The position numbers and the translations under genes are program-made. Under the pieces are notes generated by a model. It searched no databases. It saw nothing but the letters and a program-made list of their open reading frames with translations, and had not been told where the DNA came from. Of a stretch of 51,644 nt of DNA, positions 10,030 to 20,183 are shown one piece after another; position 1 is the stretch's first letter, and every line of letters starts with the position of its first letter. The stretch lies in assembly GCA_027450205.1 (NCBI GenBank), contig DAIDJL010000003.1:1-51644 (forward strand), in the 5' to 3' direction. The DNA comes from Candidatus Parcubacteria bacterium (GTDB taxonomy: Bacteria; Patescibacteriota; Minisyncoccia; UBA6257; 2-01-FULL-56-20).

Positions 10030-11061
10030 TTATAAAAGCGCCGCCACTTTTTGCACGTGTTTTACGAGCGTCGAAACGTATCCCGCCTCGTTGTCATACC
10101 ATGAGAGCACCTTCACCATATCGCCATCGATCACTTTAATAAGATCGAGCGGGACGGTCGCGCCGAACGGCTGGCCGATGATGTCGGACGAGACGAGCTG
10201 ATCGCGCGTCACCTGAAGGATCCCCTTCCAGCGCTCCGAGTTCGCGGCATCGGTAAGGATCTGCGCGATCTCCTCCACTGTCGTCGGACGCTTTGCGATG
10301 AACGTGATGTCCGAAATTGAGCCGGTGATGTTCGGCAAGCGGAACGAAAGCCCGTCGAATTTTCCTTTGAGCTCCGGGATCGCGCGCGCCACGCTGATCG
10401 CGGCACCCGTCGTTTCGGGAACGGTATTCATCGCCGCGGCGCGGCCCTTGCGGTAATCATGGCCGCCGCGGATAGGTCCGTCCACAAGCGCCTGCGTGGC
10501 AGTGTACGCGTGCACCGTAGAAAGCGACGCCTTTATAATGCCCGGGTTTTCGGAAAGCACCTGAATGACCGGCGACGCGGAGTTCGTCGTGCACGATCCG
10601 TTGGACGAAATGGAACACGTCTTGAGGTGTTCCTCATTGACGCCCACAAGCACCGTCTGGCCCGCCGCGCCATCCGCATCCTTTGCCGGCGCCGTGATCA
10701 CCACGCGCTTCGCCCCCGCCGCAAGGTGCACCTTTGCCTTCTCGTATTCGTCGAACAATCCCGTCGACTCCACAACGATGTCAATGTTCAAATCCTTCCA
10801 CGGAAGCTGGGTCGGGTCCTTGACCTGCAGGAAATGTATTTCCTTCCCGGCGACAATAAGCTTGCCGTTCGGAAGATCCGCCTTGATCTCTTTATCGAAC
10901 CGGCCATAGACCGTGTCGTATTTCAAAAGGTACGCAAGATTCTCCACGTCGCCAAGATCGTTCAATGCGACGATCTCGATATTTGGCAGCTCGAATGCCG
11001 CCTTAAAGAACAGCCTGCCGATCCTGCCAAACCCGTTTATCGCAACCCGTACGTTTGCCAT
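10030..11061 (-). CDS. gap: Glyceraldehyde-3-phosphate dehydrogenase
   Basis: 343 aa; INGFGRIGR Rossmann start and an SNGSCTTN active-site Cys motif. Confidence 0.95.
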   Translation of the reverse strand: MANVRVAINGFGRIGRLFFKAAFELPNIEIVALNDLGDVENLAYLLKYDTVYGRFDKEIKADLPNGKLIVAGKEIHFLQVKDPTQLPWKDLNIDIVVESTGLFDEYEKAKVHLAAGAKRVVITAPAKDADGAAGQTVLVGVNEEHLKTCSISSNGSCTTNSASPVIQVLSENPGIIKASLSTVHAYTATQALVDGPIRGGHDYRKGRAAAMNTVPETTGAAISVARAIPELKGKFDGLSFRLPNITGSISDITFIAKRPTTVEEIAQILTDAANSERWKGILQVTRDQLVSSDIIGQPFGATVPLDLIKVIDGDMVKVLSWYDNEAGYVSTLVKHVQKVAALL

Positions 11062-11143
11062 ATGATTGTTGAAAATCGTTAAAAATTTATGTTGGGGTGA
11101 CCGTTCCCTCTATTATATAGCGAAAAGCACCGGAATCCCAAAC

Positions 11144-11773
11144 TCAAACACCCGGAGAGATCGTCACCGTATCCCCCGCTTTTATGCCGTACTTGGCGAC
11201 AGTGCCGGCGTTCACTTCCAGCACTTTATCCACGTTGGCGGGCGAACGGTAGATCGGCAGCTGCCAGAGCCGGGTGCCCGGCGCGGGTGCGGGAACGTCC
11301 TGCGAAAATCCGGCCACGGTGTTGCCGCTGATCCAGATCATATCCAGCGCAAAGTTCATATCCTTCATCCAAAATGACTGCGTACCGCCCGAACCGAACA
11401 GGAAGATCATGCCATCGTGCTCACCAAGCGATGTCCGGAAAGAAAGCCCGCGCGATTGCTCAAGCGTGGTCGATGCGATCTCCACATTGAACGTGGCGCC
11501 GTCAACGGTCAATTCTTCCCCGGGAAGCATGGGGTTCTCTCCGGAATTGTCCGCAGCGCCCGCGGCACCTTCGATGGTGGATGACGAAACAGGAATGGCC
11601 GTGGGCACGGAAGTGCTTGCAGCGGCAGTCGTGGTCGCAATGGAAACATCGGCGCGCGGGAGCGGCGGATTAGGCTTGCCGAAAAAAAGATACCACCACG
11701 CGCCGAATGCGATGATGAACAGCACGAGCGCGGCGGAGAGCATGAGAATGGTCATTTTCTTATCCCGGAACAT
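11144..11773 (-). CDS. DUF192 domain protein with N-terminal membrane anchor
   Basis: 209 aa; GLSFRTSLGEHDGMIFLF...FWMKDMNFALDMIWI is typical of DUF192. Confidence 0.75.
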   Translation of the reverse strand: MFRDKKMTILMLSAALVLFIIAFGAWWYLFFGKPNPPLPRADVSIATTTAAASTSVPTAIPVSSSTIEGAAGAADNSGENPMLPGEELTVDGATFNVEIASTTLEQSRGLSFRTSLGEHDGMIFLFGSGGTQSFWMKDMNFALDMIWISGNTVAGFSQDVPAPAPGTRLWQLPIYRSPANVDKVLEVNAGTVAKYGIKAGDTVTISPGV

Positions 11774-12275
11774 TACCCTTTATATTAGCATCGCATGCAC
11801 CAAAACGCAGGCCGAATGCCACGATGCCGAAAGCTACGGCAACATTCAACGATTCTTTCTTCCCCATCATTGGTATCTCAAGAGTCTTATCCGCCGCGCG
11901 CAGAATGGACGGCGGCAACCCCTTCACCTCATTGCCCACGATGATCGCGACGCGCGTGTCGCGCGCGAGCCGTGCAGCTTCGCTGTAATACGGCACCGAA
12001 TGCCTTGATTGCTCGAGTGCAAAGACCTGATATCCTTCTTTTTTTAATTTTTTCACGACACTCCCCGTCGTCCCCGCCATTTCCCAGGCAACGTACTTTT
12101 CCGCGCCCAGCGCAACCTTGGCGAAATCCCCGCGCACTTCCCTGAAACGGTCCAGCGGCGCGGGGGTGATGCCGCACAGGAATATCTTCTCCGCGCCGGC
12201 GGCGTCGGCGGTGCGAAAAATGGAACCCACATTATGGACGCTCCGGATATCGTGCGCAATGACGGCGAGATGCAT
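11760..12275 (-). CDS. SpoU/TrmH-family RNA 2'-O-methyltransferase
   Basis: 171 aa; IRSVHNVGSIFRTADAAG, GNEVKGL, IPMMGKKESLNVAVA. Confidence 0.85.
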   Translation of the reverse strand: MHLAVIAHDIRSVHNVGSIFRTADAAGAEKIFLCGITPAPLDRFREVRGDFAKVALGAEKYVAWEMAGTTGSVVKKLKKEGYQVFALEQSRHSVPYYSEAARLARDTRVAIIVGNEVKGLPPSILRAADKTLEIPMMGKKESLNVAVAFGIVAFGLRFGACDANIKGNVPG

Positions 12276-12318
12276 TCCTCTATATTATACTTCCGCGGAC
12301 GACGCGTGAATGGCACTG

Positions 12319-14496
12319 CTAATTCGAGAAGAGCACCCCCGAATCGCCCCTTACCGCGAACTTCGCGTTCACGAGCGCCGGATTGCTGAATGTCCCGCCG
12401 GCGGTGTCCGTCGCTGTCCCGTAGAACTGTACGCTTGCACCAGTGGAAGGATTTCCCGTCGTGGCCGTAAAGACCCAGTGATAGCGATGGTCCGGATAGA
12501 GCATGAGCGACGACGACGCAAAAGAAAATGCAAGATTCCCCGCACATCCATATCCGCCAAAACCATTGTCGGCCGGCGTCACACCGAGAGAGGAAAGATT
12601 TTGTTCGTCGAACAACTGCAGGGAGCATCCGACGCTTTCCATATATCGCGCGCTCGTCTGGATGTTGGCCGTGAACAATTCTATGGACCCGAGCGTTGAG
12701 GTTGCCGGCACGGTAAAGTATTGCGATGCATATCCCATCTCGGGGCCCAAAAGATACGGAACGAATCCTGCGGGAAAGTTCCATGTGGCCGTCGCGGCGG
12801 GAGAAATGTCACCGTAATTGTCCGCGGCGCGGATGCCGACGAGGTAGGTATTCCCCGCTTCGAGCGGAATACTGCCCGGATCGGCCCAGCCGGCATCGGA
12901 AAGCGACGTCGAGGTGGACCAGTTCATCTGATAATGAAGCGGATCCGCCGGCCAGTCGGGGTCGGTGGAAGTGGACCACGAGAGGGAAAGCTGCATGCCA
13001 AGCTGGTCGAAATCCTCTTTAAGGTTCGCCAGGGCCGTAAGCATCGGCGGCGTGAGCGTTGATGTGGCAAAGATGCCGTCCATTTTTATGAACGGAAAGA
13101 ACGTGCTTGTGCTCTCCACGCGGCCGGTGCCATAGACGAAGTTGTTCCACATCACCACGCCGGCCGTCGTGCTTGCCGTGCCGGCAAGGATCACGCTGCG
13201 ATTCTGATAATCCTGATCGGTCGCAAGACGGTAATAAAAATACGGCTTGAGCGAAATGGAAAGTCCGGCGTATGTCGCCGACGCCATCACGGGCGTGAAC
13301 GGCGCATTGTCGGAAATCGGAAACTCCCGCACAAGAACCGAATAAGTTTTATCCTTGAATTCCTGGAGAGAAATCCGTGACGCAAAATAGTTCACGTCGC
13401 TTACCTTTCCTTCGAGCGTGAGCGTGTTCAGCGTACCCGAGAAACCGCTGCCGAGCTCGAACCAATTGTCGTCATACCAGCTCGGCGAAGAATTGGCGCC
13501 GTCATCCAACTGGGCAAACAAAGTGCCGGTCGCCATAGGCCCGGATCCGGATCCCGCAGGCACCGAAGATGTTGCGGCGGAAGACGGATCCGTTTCCGCT
13601 GTGCTTGTCGTACTTTCATCAGGAGGCGCCGATGATGATAGCTGTGACGACAGTGGTAGTAACAGAGGCGCTGATGATGTCACGCTGCCGCTGATCACGG
13701 CAACGCCACCGGACGGGATCGCCGAGGATGGACCGGTATTGATAGTGGAGACAATAGCGGAGGAGGCAACGAACGCAACGGTGCTCGTGCCGATCGCGAT
13801 ATCGGTCGTCGTCGCGATAGCATACGCACCCAAAACCTCTCCCGGCATGGCGGGAGGCTGAATGTCCGGCGCGGCGGGAAACGGGGCAGCCGATAGCGGT
13901 GCACTTACAACATCCGCGTCATCATTGTTGTCGGAAAGATACCACTTCCCTTCCGTCATGCCACTATTCCCGGAAATCGGCTCCGGGTCGTATGCAACGA
14001 ACGTTCCGTCGGGATCGACGGCGTCCATCGCAAAATGAAGATGGGTTCCGGGGTGCGCCGCGCACGCAAGGCCGGCGACAAGCCCGGTGTCACCGACAAG
14101 CCCGATCGTCTGTCCGCGCCGGACCGCATCGCCGCGCCGGAGAACCGTGATACTGCCGGGAACCAGGTGCGCGTACCGGCTCACGATATTCCCGCCGTGA
14201 TCAACGATCAGCTCCGTGCCATATCCGCCGTTATACCCTTCCTGGCCCAAGAACATCACCGTGCCGGACGCGGCGGCAACCACGGCCTTTCCATAAGCAT
14301 CGCAGCCGTTCTGGGTAAGATCGAGGGCATATGCATCCTTTTTTATATGCGTAGGAGCTGAATAATACCCTTGTGTAACAATAAAGCTCTGCCCTTTGGC
14401 GTACGGCAATTTGACCGTCGTTGTCGCAGCAGAAGATCGCGCGGGGATCGCGGCAAAAGCGGCGCACGCCATGATCCTCAAGGTCCATTTTTTCAT
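12319..14496 (-). CDS. Secreted M23 (LytM-type) metallopeptidase with a long Ser/Thr-rich linker and large C-terminal domain
   Basis: 725 aa; signal peptide, then an M23 core: GYGTELIVDHGGNIVSRYAHL...GQTIGLVGDTG...GTHLHFAMD. Confidence 0.85.
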   Translation of the reverse strand: MKKWTLRIMACAAFAAIPARSSAATTTVKLPYAKGQSFIVTQGYYSAPTHIKKDAYALDLTQNGCDAYGKAVVAAASGTVMFLGQEGYNGGYGTELIVDHGGNIVSRYAHLVPGSITVLRRGDAVRRGQTIGLVGDTGLVAGLACAAHPGTHLHFAMDAVDPDGTFVAYDPEPISGNSGMTEGKWYLSDNNDDADVVSAPLSAAPFPAAPDIQPPAMPGEVLGAYAIATTTDIAIGTSTVAFVASSAIVSTINTGPSSAIPSGGVAVISGSVTSSAPLLLPLSSQLSSSAPPDESTTSTAETDPSSAATSSVPAGSGSGPMATGTLFAQLDDGANSSPSWYDDNWFELGSGFSGTLNTLTLEGKVSDVNYFASRISLQEFKDKTYSVLVREFPISDNAPFTPVMASATYAGLSISLKPYFYYRLATDQDYQNRSVILAGTASTTAGVVMWNNFVYGTGRVESTSTFFPFIKMDGIFATSTLTPPMLTALANLKEDFDQLGMQLSLSWSTSTDPDWPADPLHYQMNWSTSTSLSDAGWADPGSIPLEAGNTYLVGIRAADNYGDISPAATATWNFPAGFVPYLLGPEMGYASQYFTVPATSTLGSIELFTANIQTSARYMESVGCSLQLFDEQNLSSLGVTPADNGFGGYGCAGNLAFSFASSSLMLYPDHRYHWVFTATTGNPSTGASVQFYGTATDTAGGTFSNPALVNAKFAVRGDSGVLFSN

Positions 14497-14507
14497 CGCA
14501 ATAATAG

Positions 14508-15131
14508 TTAGATGGTGAATCCCGGCAAAAACGTTTGGAGCATATCATCGCACCGCGCGGAACCGTCAGCGGCCGCTCCATTACTGGCGGCGATGACGGA
14601 CGGCGCGACCTCATACGCATGCTGATCGCTGAAAATATAGACGAGCGTCGTCGGAATATCGTCGATCGTTCCGACCCACTTCACGCCGGTACCTCCATCT
14701 ACCGAAACAGCTTCGCTTGATCGTTCGGCGACGGAAAGGCTCGGATCGGCGCCGATGCGATGCGATATCCAATCCGCCGTGTCCGCGCCCGGCGAGAACG
14801 GGAACGCCGACACTTCGATCTTGCACGCGGCGGCGGAGGATGACGCGGCGGGATGCAGCGCGATCGCATCGGCGCCGGTATGTTCTACGCTCCAGCTCGC
14901 GGGAATGCGCAATGAATATCCGTCATTCGGATCCGAAAATATTTGCGTCGGAACAGAGGACGGCACGGCCGAGGTTTCTTCCGGTGCGATATCGGCATCG
15001 GACGCAGCGCTCATACCCGTGCTCACATCGCCGCCGTAGCCAAAATGACCGACTGCCAAAAATGTTCCGCCCGCCGCCATTGCGGCAATAAGCATCCACG
15101 AATAGAGGGCTCCTCGCGATGGTTTTTTCAT
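14508..15131 (-). CDS. Hypothetical membrane-anchored extracytoplasmic protein
   Basis: 207 aa with an N-terminal TM. The soluble domain starting DGYSLRIPASWSVEH resembles that of ORF 6815..7453 (YGFSIRYPQNWKIF). Confidence 0.6.
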   Translation of the reverse strand: MKKPSRGALYSWMLIAAMAAGGTFLAVGHFGYGGDVSTGMSAASDADIAPEETSAVPSSVPTQIFSDPNDGYSLRIPASWSVEHTGADAIALHPAASSSAAACKIEVSAFPFSPGADTADWISHRIGADPSLSVAERSSEAVSVDGGTGVKWVGTIDDIPTTLVYIFSDQHAYEVAPSVIAASNGAAADGSARCDDMLQTFLPGFTI

Positions 15132-15167
15132 ACGCTTATATTTTATTTTTTTGATATCTTTTATTTT

Positions 15168-16985
15168 TTATTGAAGTGTGAAGTCGCTGGCGTTGTTGTC
15201 CGTGTCCGCCATCGCACCGTTCAACACCGCACGCGCGAGCGCCTGGCCAGCGACGGGGTCCGTGGGATACGGCGGGCCTTCGCCGTATTGATCGCTCCCC
15301 GTTCCCCAGGCGACCGCATCAACGACATCTCCCGCCGGATCCATCAGCGCAACACTGTTATCCGCCGCGAGCGTTTCCGCGCTCGACGCATTCGCGCCGA
15401 TCGTTTCCGAAAATCCGCCGGCGGAATTCGCCCATACGAACATCTGTCCGGCGGCGATCGTGCTCCCCGCCGGGAACGTCTTCAGCGAATAATCGGCTCC
15501 CGTCTGGGATTTCTTGCGCAGTCTCCATCCGCTCATGTCGATCGCCGTGCCGGTAGGATCGTAAAGCTTTACAAAATCATTACTTGAGGACGCCCCGGCG
15601 ATCTGTATCGCGGCAATGAGGATATGGCCCGCACCGGAGCCGGGATCCCCTCCCGTGGCGATACCCTGGCCGGTTCCGTCACCCGTCGAGGACGATGACG
15701 TCGCAACGCCCGTGGATATTGGGGAAATATCGGTGTTTGTATCGGTGGCAGGGGCGGCAGCGTCCTTTGCAGCACCGGAGGCCGGCGGCGAGAGCGTTGA
15801 AACGAATTGGGCGGTGATCAAAGTGTCCGTAGCGACCGTGAACGCGCACGTTGCCTGGCTATAACACAGCCCCGACCATCCGATGAACGCGGCATTCGGG
15901 CCCGCCGCCGGCGTGAGCGTGATGCGCGTCCCCGACGCGAAACTCCCCGCACAGCCCGTGCCGCATACCAAGCCCGCGGGATCGCTCGTGATCGTTGCGC
16001 CGGCCGCGCTCCCTCCAAGCGAGACGCTCACCGTGAACCGCGGCGGCGGCGGTCCTGCGGAATTTTTTCCGCCGGGAGTTCCTCCGGGCAAAGCGCTCGT
16101 GTGCCACCCGATCCCGTCCGCGTCGCGCTCGAGCGTTGCCTTCGTCGCATTATTTCCGCCCGGCCATCCGTTCGACGCATCAAGATAATCGGAAACGACA
16201 CACTGCGGATCCATGAACGCGAGCGTCGCACCCGCGTTCGCAAGATCGCCGGAATATATTTTTATCGGCGCGGCGAAACCGGCAGCCATGACGGGAGCGC
16301 TCCCGCGCGCGAGGACCATAAATCCTCCGGACGCGATCGTATCGCCGGCGGAAAAAGATATTTTTATCTTCCCTGCCGCGTCAAGCAGTTCCCACCCCGA
16401 GAGATCGACATCGTCTGCGGAATCATTCTTCATCTCCATCCACTCGGCACTGGACGATGACGGCGATCCCATCCACGCAACTTCGTTCAAAATTATTTTT
16501 CCCGCAGGCGATGACGCGCCACCGGGGAATAAACACGTCCGCGCAGGCGCGGACGACGGAGAGGGATCTTCCGTTGTTTTGCCGCTTAATGGATCATTCG
16601 CATCGTTGTTTGCATTTTGTGCGGACGGCGAAGCAATATCCTGATCCTGCAGCACGGCCGTCGGCGCCGGAACGACCGATGCGAGATCCCCGCTTTTCTT
16701 CTGCGCCGCTTTTTGCGAAGATCTTTTTGCGGACGGTGCGAATACTGCCGCCGCGGGCGGCGCATCGGTGCCATCGGTGCCGGACGGCGCCACATCAGGC
16801 GCGGAAAGGGTCGATGAGACATCATCCAGCGGCAGAATATCCGTGTCGGAAGCCGGGCTCATCTCCGCAGAATCTGCCCCAAACACCGCATGCATCGCAC
16901 CGGGATCGAAATAATATGCGACACTCGCACCAAGCGCGATCACGACAGCAAAAATACCAATGGTCATATAGTTTTTTCTGTTCAT
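15168..16985 (-). CDS. Lamin-tail-domain (LTD) surface protein with two LTDs and an InlB-B-repeat-like module
   Basis: 605 aa. LTD 1: IILNEVAWMGS...EWMEMKNDSADDVDLSGWEL. LTD 2: ILIAAIQIAG...DFVKLYDPTGTAIDMSGWRL. Middle module: GATITSDPAGLVCGTGC...FIGWSG. Confidence 0.8.
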   Translation of the reverse strand: MNRKNYMTIGIFAVVIALGASVAYYFDPGAMHAVFGADSAEMSPASDTDILPLDDVSSTLSAPDVAPSGTDGTDAPPAAAVFAPSAKRSSQKAAQKKSGDLASVVPAPTAVLQDQDIASPSAQNANNDANDPLSGKTTEDPSPSSAPARTCLFPGGASSPAGKIILNEVAWMGSPSSSSAEWMEMKNDSADDVDLSGWELLDAAGKIKISFSAGDTIASGGFMVLARGSAPVMAAGFAAPIKIYSGDLANAGATLAFMDPQCVVSDYLDASNGWPGGNNATKATLERDADGIGWHTSALPGGTPGGKNSAGPPPPRFTVSVSLGGSAAGATITSDPAGLVCGTGCAGSFASGTRITLTPAAGPNAAFIGWSGLCYSQATCAFTVATDTLITAQFVSTLSPPASGAAKDAAAPATDTNTDISPISTGVATSSSSTGDGTGQGIATGGDPGSGAGHILIAAIQIAGASSSNDFVKLYDPTGTAIDMSGWRLRKKSQTGADYSLKTFPAGSTIAAGQMFVWANSAGGFSETIGANASSAETLAADNSVALMDPAGDVVDAVAWGTGSDQYGEGPPYPTDPVAGQALARAVLNGAMADTDNNASDFTLQ

Positions 16986-17276
16986 GCAAAGAACATAGCA
17001 CAGCGCGCATTAAAAGGATCTTAAATAAAAATCAGTCAAGCCCGAAAAGAGCACCTATACGCGCCCAAGCGCCCGGCGGGAGGACCTGTCCAGGGCCAAT
17101 CTTCAAAATAAAGGCCTTTTTAGAGCAGAGCTTTTAGCCCTGGCGGAATCTCCCCCAAAAAATATATTTTTCGCGAAAAATTTGTTATACTTTTACTCCA
17201 CCCGCACGCGGATATGCCCTTCACGCGGGCTCAGTAAAGACATTTCCGGGGCGCACTGTCCAATTTCTTCGGTTCG

Positions 17277-17285
17277 TTATCCACA
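17277..17285 (+). promoter_or_regulatory. Perfect DnaA box TTATCCACA
   Basis: Exact 9-mer consensus, read directly. It lies just upstream of the predicted nrdA -10 in a 402-bp divergent intergenic region. Confidence 0.5.
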
Positions 17286-17311
17286 GAAAAATGAGAAATA
17301 TACGACCCCGG

Positions 17312-17320
17312 TGGTACACT
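17312..17320 (+). promoter_or_regulatory. Extended -10 promoter element (TGGTACACT) for nrdAB
   Basis: Matches the TGGTAnAAT-type element seen upstream of several other genes in this window. It sits 68 nt before the nrdA ATG. Confidence 0.4.
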
Positions 17321-17387
17321 ATTTTTACATCAAAATTTGGCCTCTAAAAAAGTCGCGGACGCATAAAATATTAACCACCCACCCATC

Positions 17388-20162
17388 ATGGAGTTAACCA
17401 TCACAAAGAGGGACGGCACGCGGGAGCCGTTCAACGCGGACAAGATCAACCGGTCGATCGAGCGCGCATGCGCGGGACTGCAGGATCCCATCAGCATGGT
17501 CACGCAGATCGCCACCGAAACACGCCTTACTCTTTATGATGGCATCACGACGGAAGAAATGGACCAGGCGACCATCAACGCCGCCGTGCAGAACATAAAA
17601 GAGGACATTGAATACGATAAGGTCGCCGTCCGCCTCCTTTTGAAAACTATTTATAGAAAAGTGGTCGGCGACTACGAGGACAATACGGAGATTTTGCGGA
17701 AGAAGCACCGCGACGGATTCGCGGCGTGGGTAAAGAAGGGCGTGGAAAACGGAATGCTCGATCCGCGCATGGTGGAAAAATTCGACCTTAAAGAATTGGC
17801 CGGGGCGCTTGATCTTCGCCGCGATGAATTGTTCGTCTACAGCGGACTCGACACGTTGCTTCATCGCTACTCTATAAAAGATATTCACAACGACGCCGGC
17901 GAAACGCCGCAATATCTTTTCATGCGCATCGCGATGGGACTCTCATTCAACGAAAAAGATCCGACACTCTGGGCAAAGCGCTTCTATAATAAGATGTCGC
18001 AGATGAAGTACATTGCCGGCGGCTCCACCAATCTCGGCGCGGGCACCACGCGACCGTCGCTCTCCAATTGTTTCTTGCTGCAAATAGAGGATGATATGGA
18101 ACACATCGCAAAATCCGTCGGCGACGTGATGATGCTCTCCAAGGCATCGGGCGGCATCGGCGCGAATGTGACGAAGCTGCGCGCGACCGGATCCCCGCTC
18201 AAATCCAACAACACGCCGTCGAGCGGCCCGACGCCGTTCGCAAAAATAATAGACACTGCGATCCGCGCCGTGCAGCGCGGCGGAAAGAAAAAAGGCGCGC
18301 TCTGTTTCTATATGGAGAACTGGCACATCGACTTCCCGGAATTCCTGGACTGGAAGCACAACGCCGGCGATGATTATATGCGCATGCGCACCGCAGACAC
18401 CGCGGCGTTCATCTCGGACGAGTTCATGAACCGCGTGACAAACCATGACCTTTGGTACATGTTCGACCCCAAGGAGACGCCGGACCTCATTGAACTTTAC
18501 GGCAAGGAATTCAGCGCCCGCTATGCGGAATATATAGAGATGGCAGAAAAGGGCCAATTACGGGTGTTCAAGAAGGTCCCGGCCGAGGAATTATATAGGC
18601 AGATGCTGACCGCCCTGCAGGCCACCGGCCACCCGTGGCTCACGTGGAAAGACCCCATGAACCTGCGGGCCCTCAACAACAACACCGGCACGATCCATAT
18701 GTCGAACCTCTGCACCGAGATCTGCCTTCCGCAGGACCGTGAACACATCGCCGTCTGCAACCTTGCGTCACTCAACCTTGCCACCCATGTTCATAACAAG
18801 CAGATCGACTGGGAGAACCTTGAGGAAAGCATCCGCTTTGCCATCCGCCAGCTTGATAATCTTATCGACATCAATGTTTTGCCGATCGCGGAAGCCACGC
18901 GCTCCGATCAGGAGAATCGCGCGATCGGCCTCGGCGTGATGGGCTTCTCCGACATGCTCGAACAGCTCGGTCTTTCGTACGAGAGCGAGCACGCGCATAA
19001 CTTTGCGGACAAAGTGTTCGAGTTCGTAAGCTACGTCGCGATCGACGAGAGCGCGAACCTCGCCGCCGAGCGCGGAAGCTATATGCACTTCCAGGGATCA
19101 GGCTGGTCGAAAGGCATGGTGCCGATCGATACGGTAAAGACGCTCGAGGAAGGGCGCGGCACGACGCTCACCGTCGCGCACGAGCATCGCTACCGCGGAT
19201 TGAACTGGGACGCGCTCCGCGAGAAGGTCAAAAAAGGAATGCGTAACGCGACGCTCATGGCCACCGCGCCGAACGCCAACATCGGGCTCGTCGCCGGCAC
19301 CACGCCGGGCATCGATCCTCGCTTCGCGCAGGTCTTCTCACGCAACAAGATCTCCGGGAAATATCTGGATCTCAATCACAACCTGGTGAACGATCTCAAG
19401 AATATGGGCATCTGGGAAAAGGTAAAGGATCAGATCATCGCGGAACAGGGCGACATCTCCGCGATAAACGAGATCCCTCAGCACGTGCGCGATATCTACA
19501 AGACCTCGTTCAGTACGTCGCCGTACGCGTTCATCGAAGTCGCGGCGCGCGCGCAAAAATGGATGGATCAGTCGCTCTCGCGCAATATGTATTTGGAAAC
19601 GCGCGATATCGGCGAGATGATGGACATCTACGCGACCGCATGGAAGAAAGGATTGAAGTCCACGTACTACCTGCACATGAAGCCGCGCCACACCGCCGAG
19701 CAGAGCACGGTGCGCGTGAACAAAGCGGAGGCGATGGGCAAACGCGGATTTGCCGCAGTGATGGAAGCAGCCGCGGAAGCCCCGGCACCCGCGAGCGAAC
19801 AGATCACGGTGGCACAGGCCATCGCGGTGAACGAACCGGCTGCCGAAACGGTAAAGGTGGTCCCTGCGGTGGCGGCGTTCGGCTTTACTGCGGAAGCGAC
19901 GCCCGAGATAACCACCGCCAAAGCCGCGATGGCGGCACCTGTTGAAGCAGCGCCCATAAAGGCCGCTTCCGGTCCATTCGCGGCAGCCGTTAGAGTCGAA
20001 AGCCATGCCGACCATGTTCACGCCAGCTCCCCCGTTCAGCAAACCATGCCGGGTGGGGCAACCGTGACGCCTGCCGCATCCCCCGCAGCGTCCACGAACG
20101 CCCCGCGCATCATGCCGCCCAGCGATCCAATGGAACAATTCTTGTGCGACAGTTGCCAGTAA
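17388..20162 (+). CDS. nrdA: Ribonucleoside-diphosphate reductase alpha subunit (class I) with N-terminal ATP-cone and an unusually long Ala/Pro-rich C-terminal tail ending in CxxC
   Basis: 924 aa. ATP-cone: TKRDGTREPFNADKINRSIERA. Catalytic core: SNLCTEI. KSTYYLH near the core end, then about 140 aa of low complexity, ending LCDSCQ. Confidence 0.9.
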   Translation: MELTITKRDGTREPFNADKINRSIERACAGLQDPISMVTQIATETRLTLYDGITTEEMDQATINAAVQNIKEDIEYDKVAVRLLLKTIYRKVVGDYEDNTEILRKKHRDGFAAWVKKGVENGMLDPRMVEKFDLKELAGALDLRRDELFVYSGLDTLLHRYSIKDIHNDAGETPQYLFMRIAMGLSFNEKDPTLWAKRFYNKMSQMKYIAGGSTNLGAGTTRPSLSNCFLLQIEDDMEHIAKSVGDVMMLSKASGGIGANVTKLRATGSPLKSNNTPSSGPTPFAKIIDTAIRAVQRGGKKKGALCFYMENWHIDFPEFLDWKHNAGDDYMRMRTADTAAFISDEFMNRVTNHDLWYMFDPKETPDLIELYGKEFSARYAEYIEMAEKGQLRVFKKVPAEELYRQMLTALQATGHPWLTWKDPMNLRALNNNTGTIHMSNLCTEICLPQDREHIAVCNLASLNLATHVHNKQIDWENLEESIRFAIRQLDNLIDINVLPIAEATRSDQENRAIGLGVMGFSDMLEQLGLSYESEHAHNFADKVFEFVSYVAIDESANLAAERGSYMHFQGSGWSKGMVPIDTVKTLEEGRGTTLTVAHEHRYRGLNWDALREKVKKGMRNATLMATAPNANIGLVAGTTPGIDPRFAQVFSRNKISGKYLDLNHNLVNDLKNMGIWEKVKDQIIAEQGDISAINEIPQHVRDIYKTSFSTSPYAFIEVAARAQKWMDQSLSRNMYLETRDIGEMMDIYATAWKKGLKSTYYLHMKPRHTAEQSTVRVNKAEAMGKRGFAAVMEAAAEAPAPASEQITVAQAIAVNEPAAETVKVVPAVAAFGFTAEATPEITTAKAAMAAPVEAAPIKAASGPFAAAVRVESHADHVHASSPVQQTMPGGATVTPAASPAASTNAPRIMPPSDPMEQFLCDSCQ

Positions 20163-20183
20163 AATAATTATCCTCATACTAAA

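Noticed and set aside
9147-10139. 330-aa plus-strand ORF
   Set aside because: It is antisense to rpe, rpiB and the gap 3' end, all of which have clear family motifs.
17300-17345. Possible NrdR box or riboswitch in the nrdA leader
   Set aside because: tacactatttttacat is not a convincing 16-bp NrdR palindrome (no ACAC...GTGT symmetry, no second box). I could not fold a recognisable riboswitch by eye.
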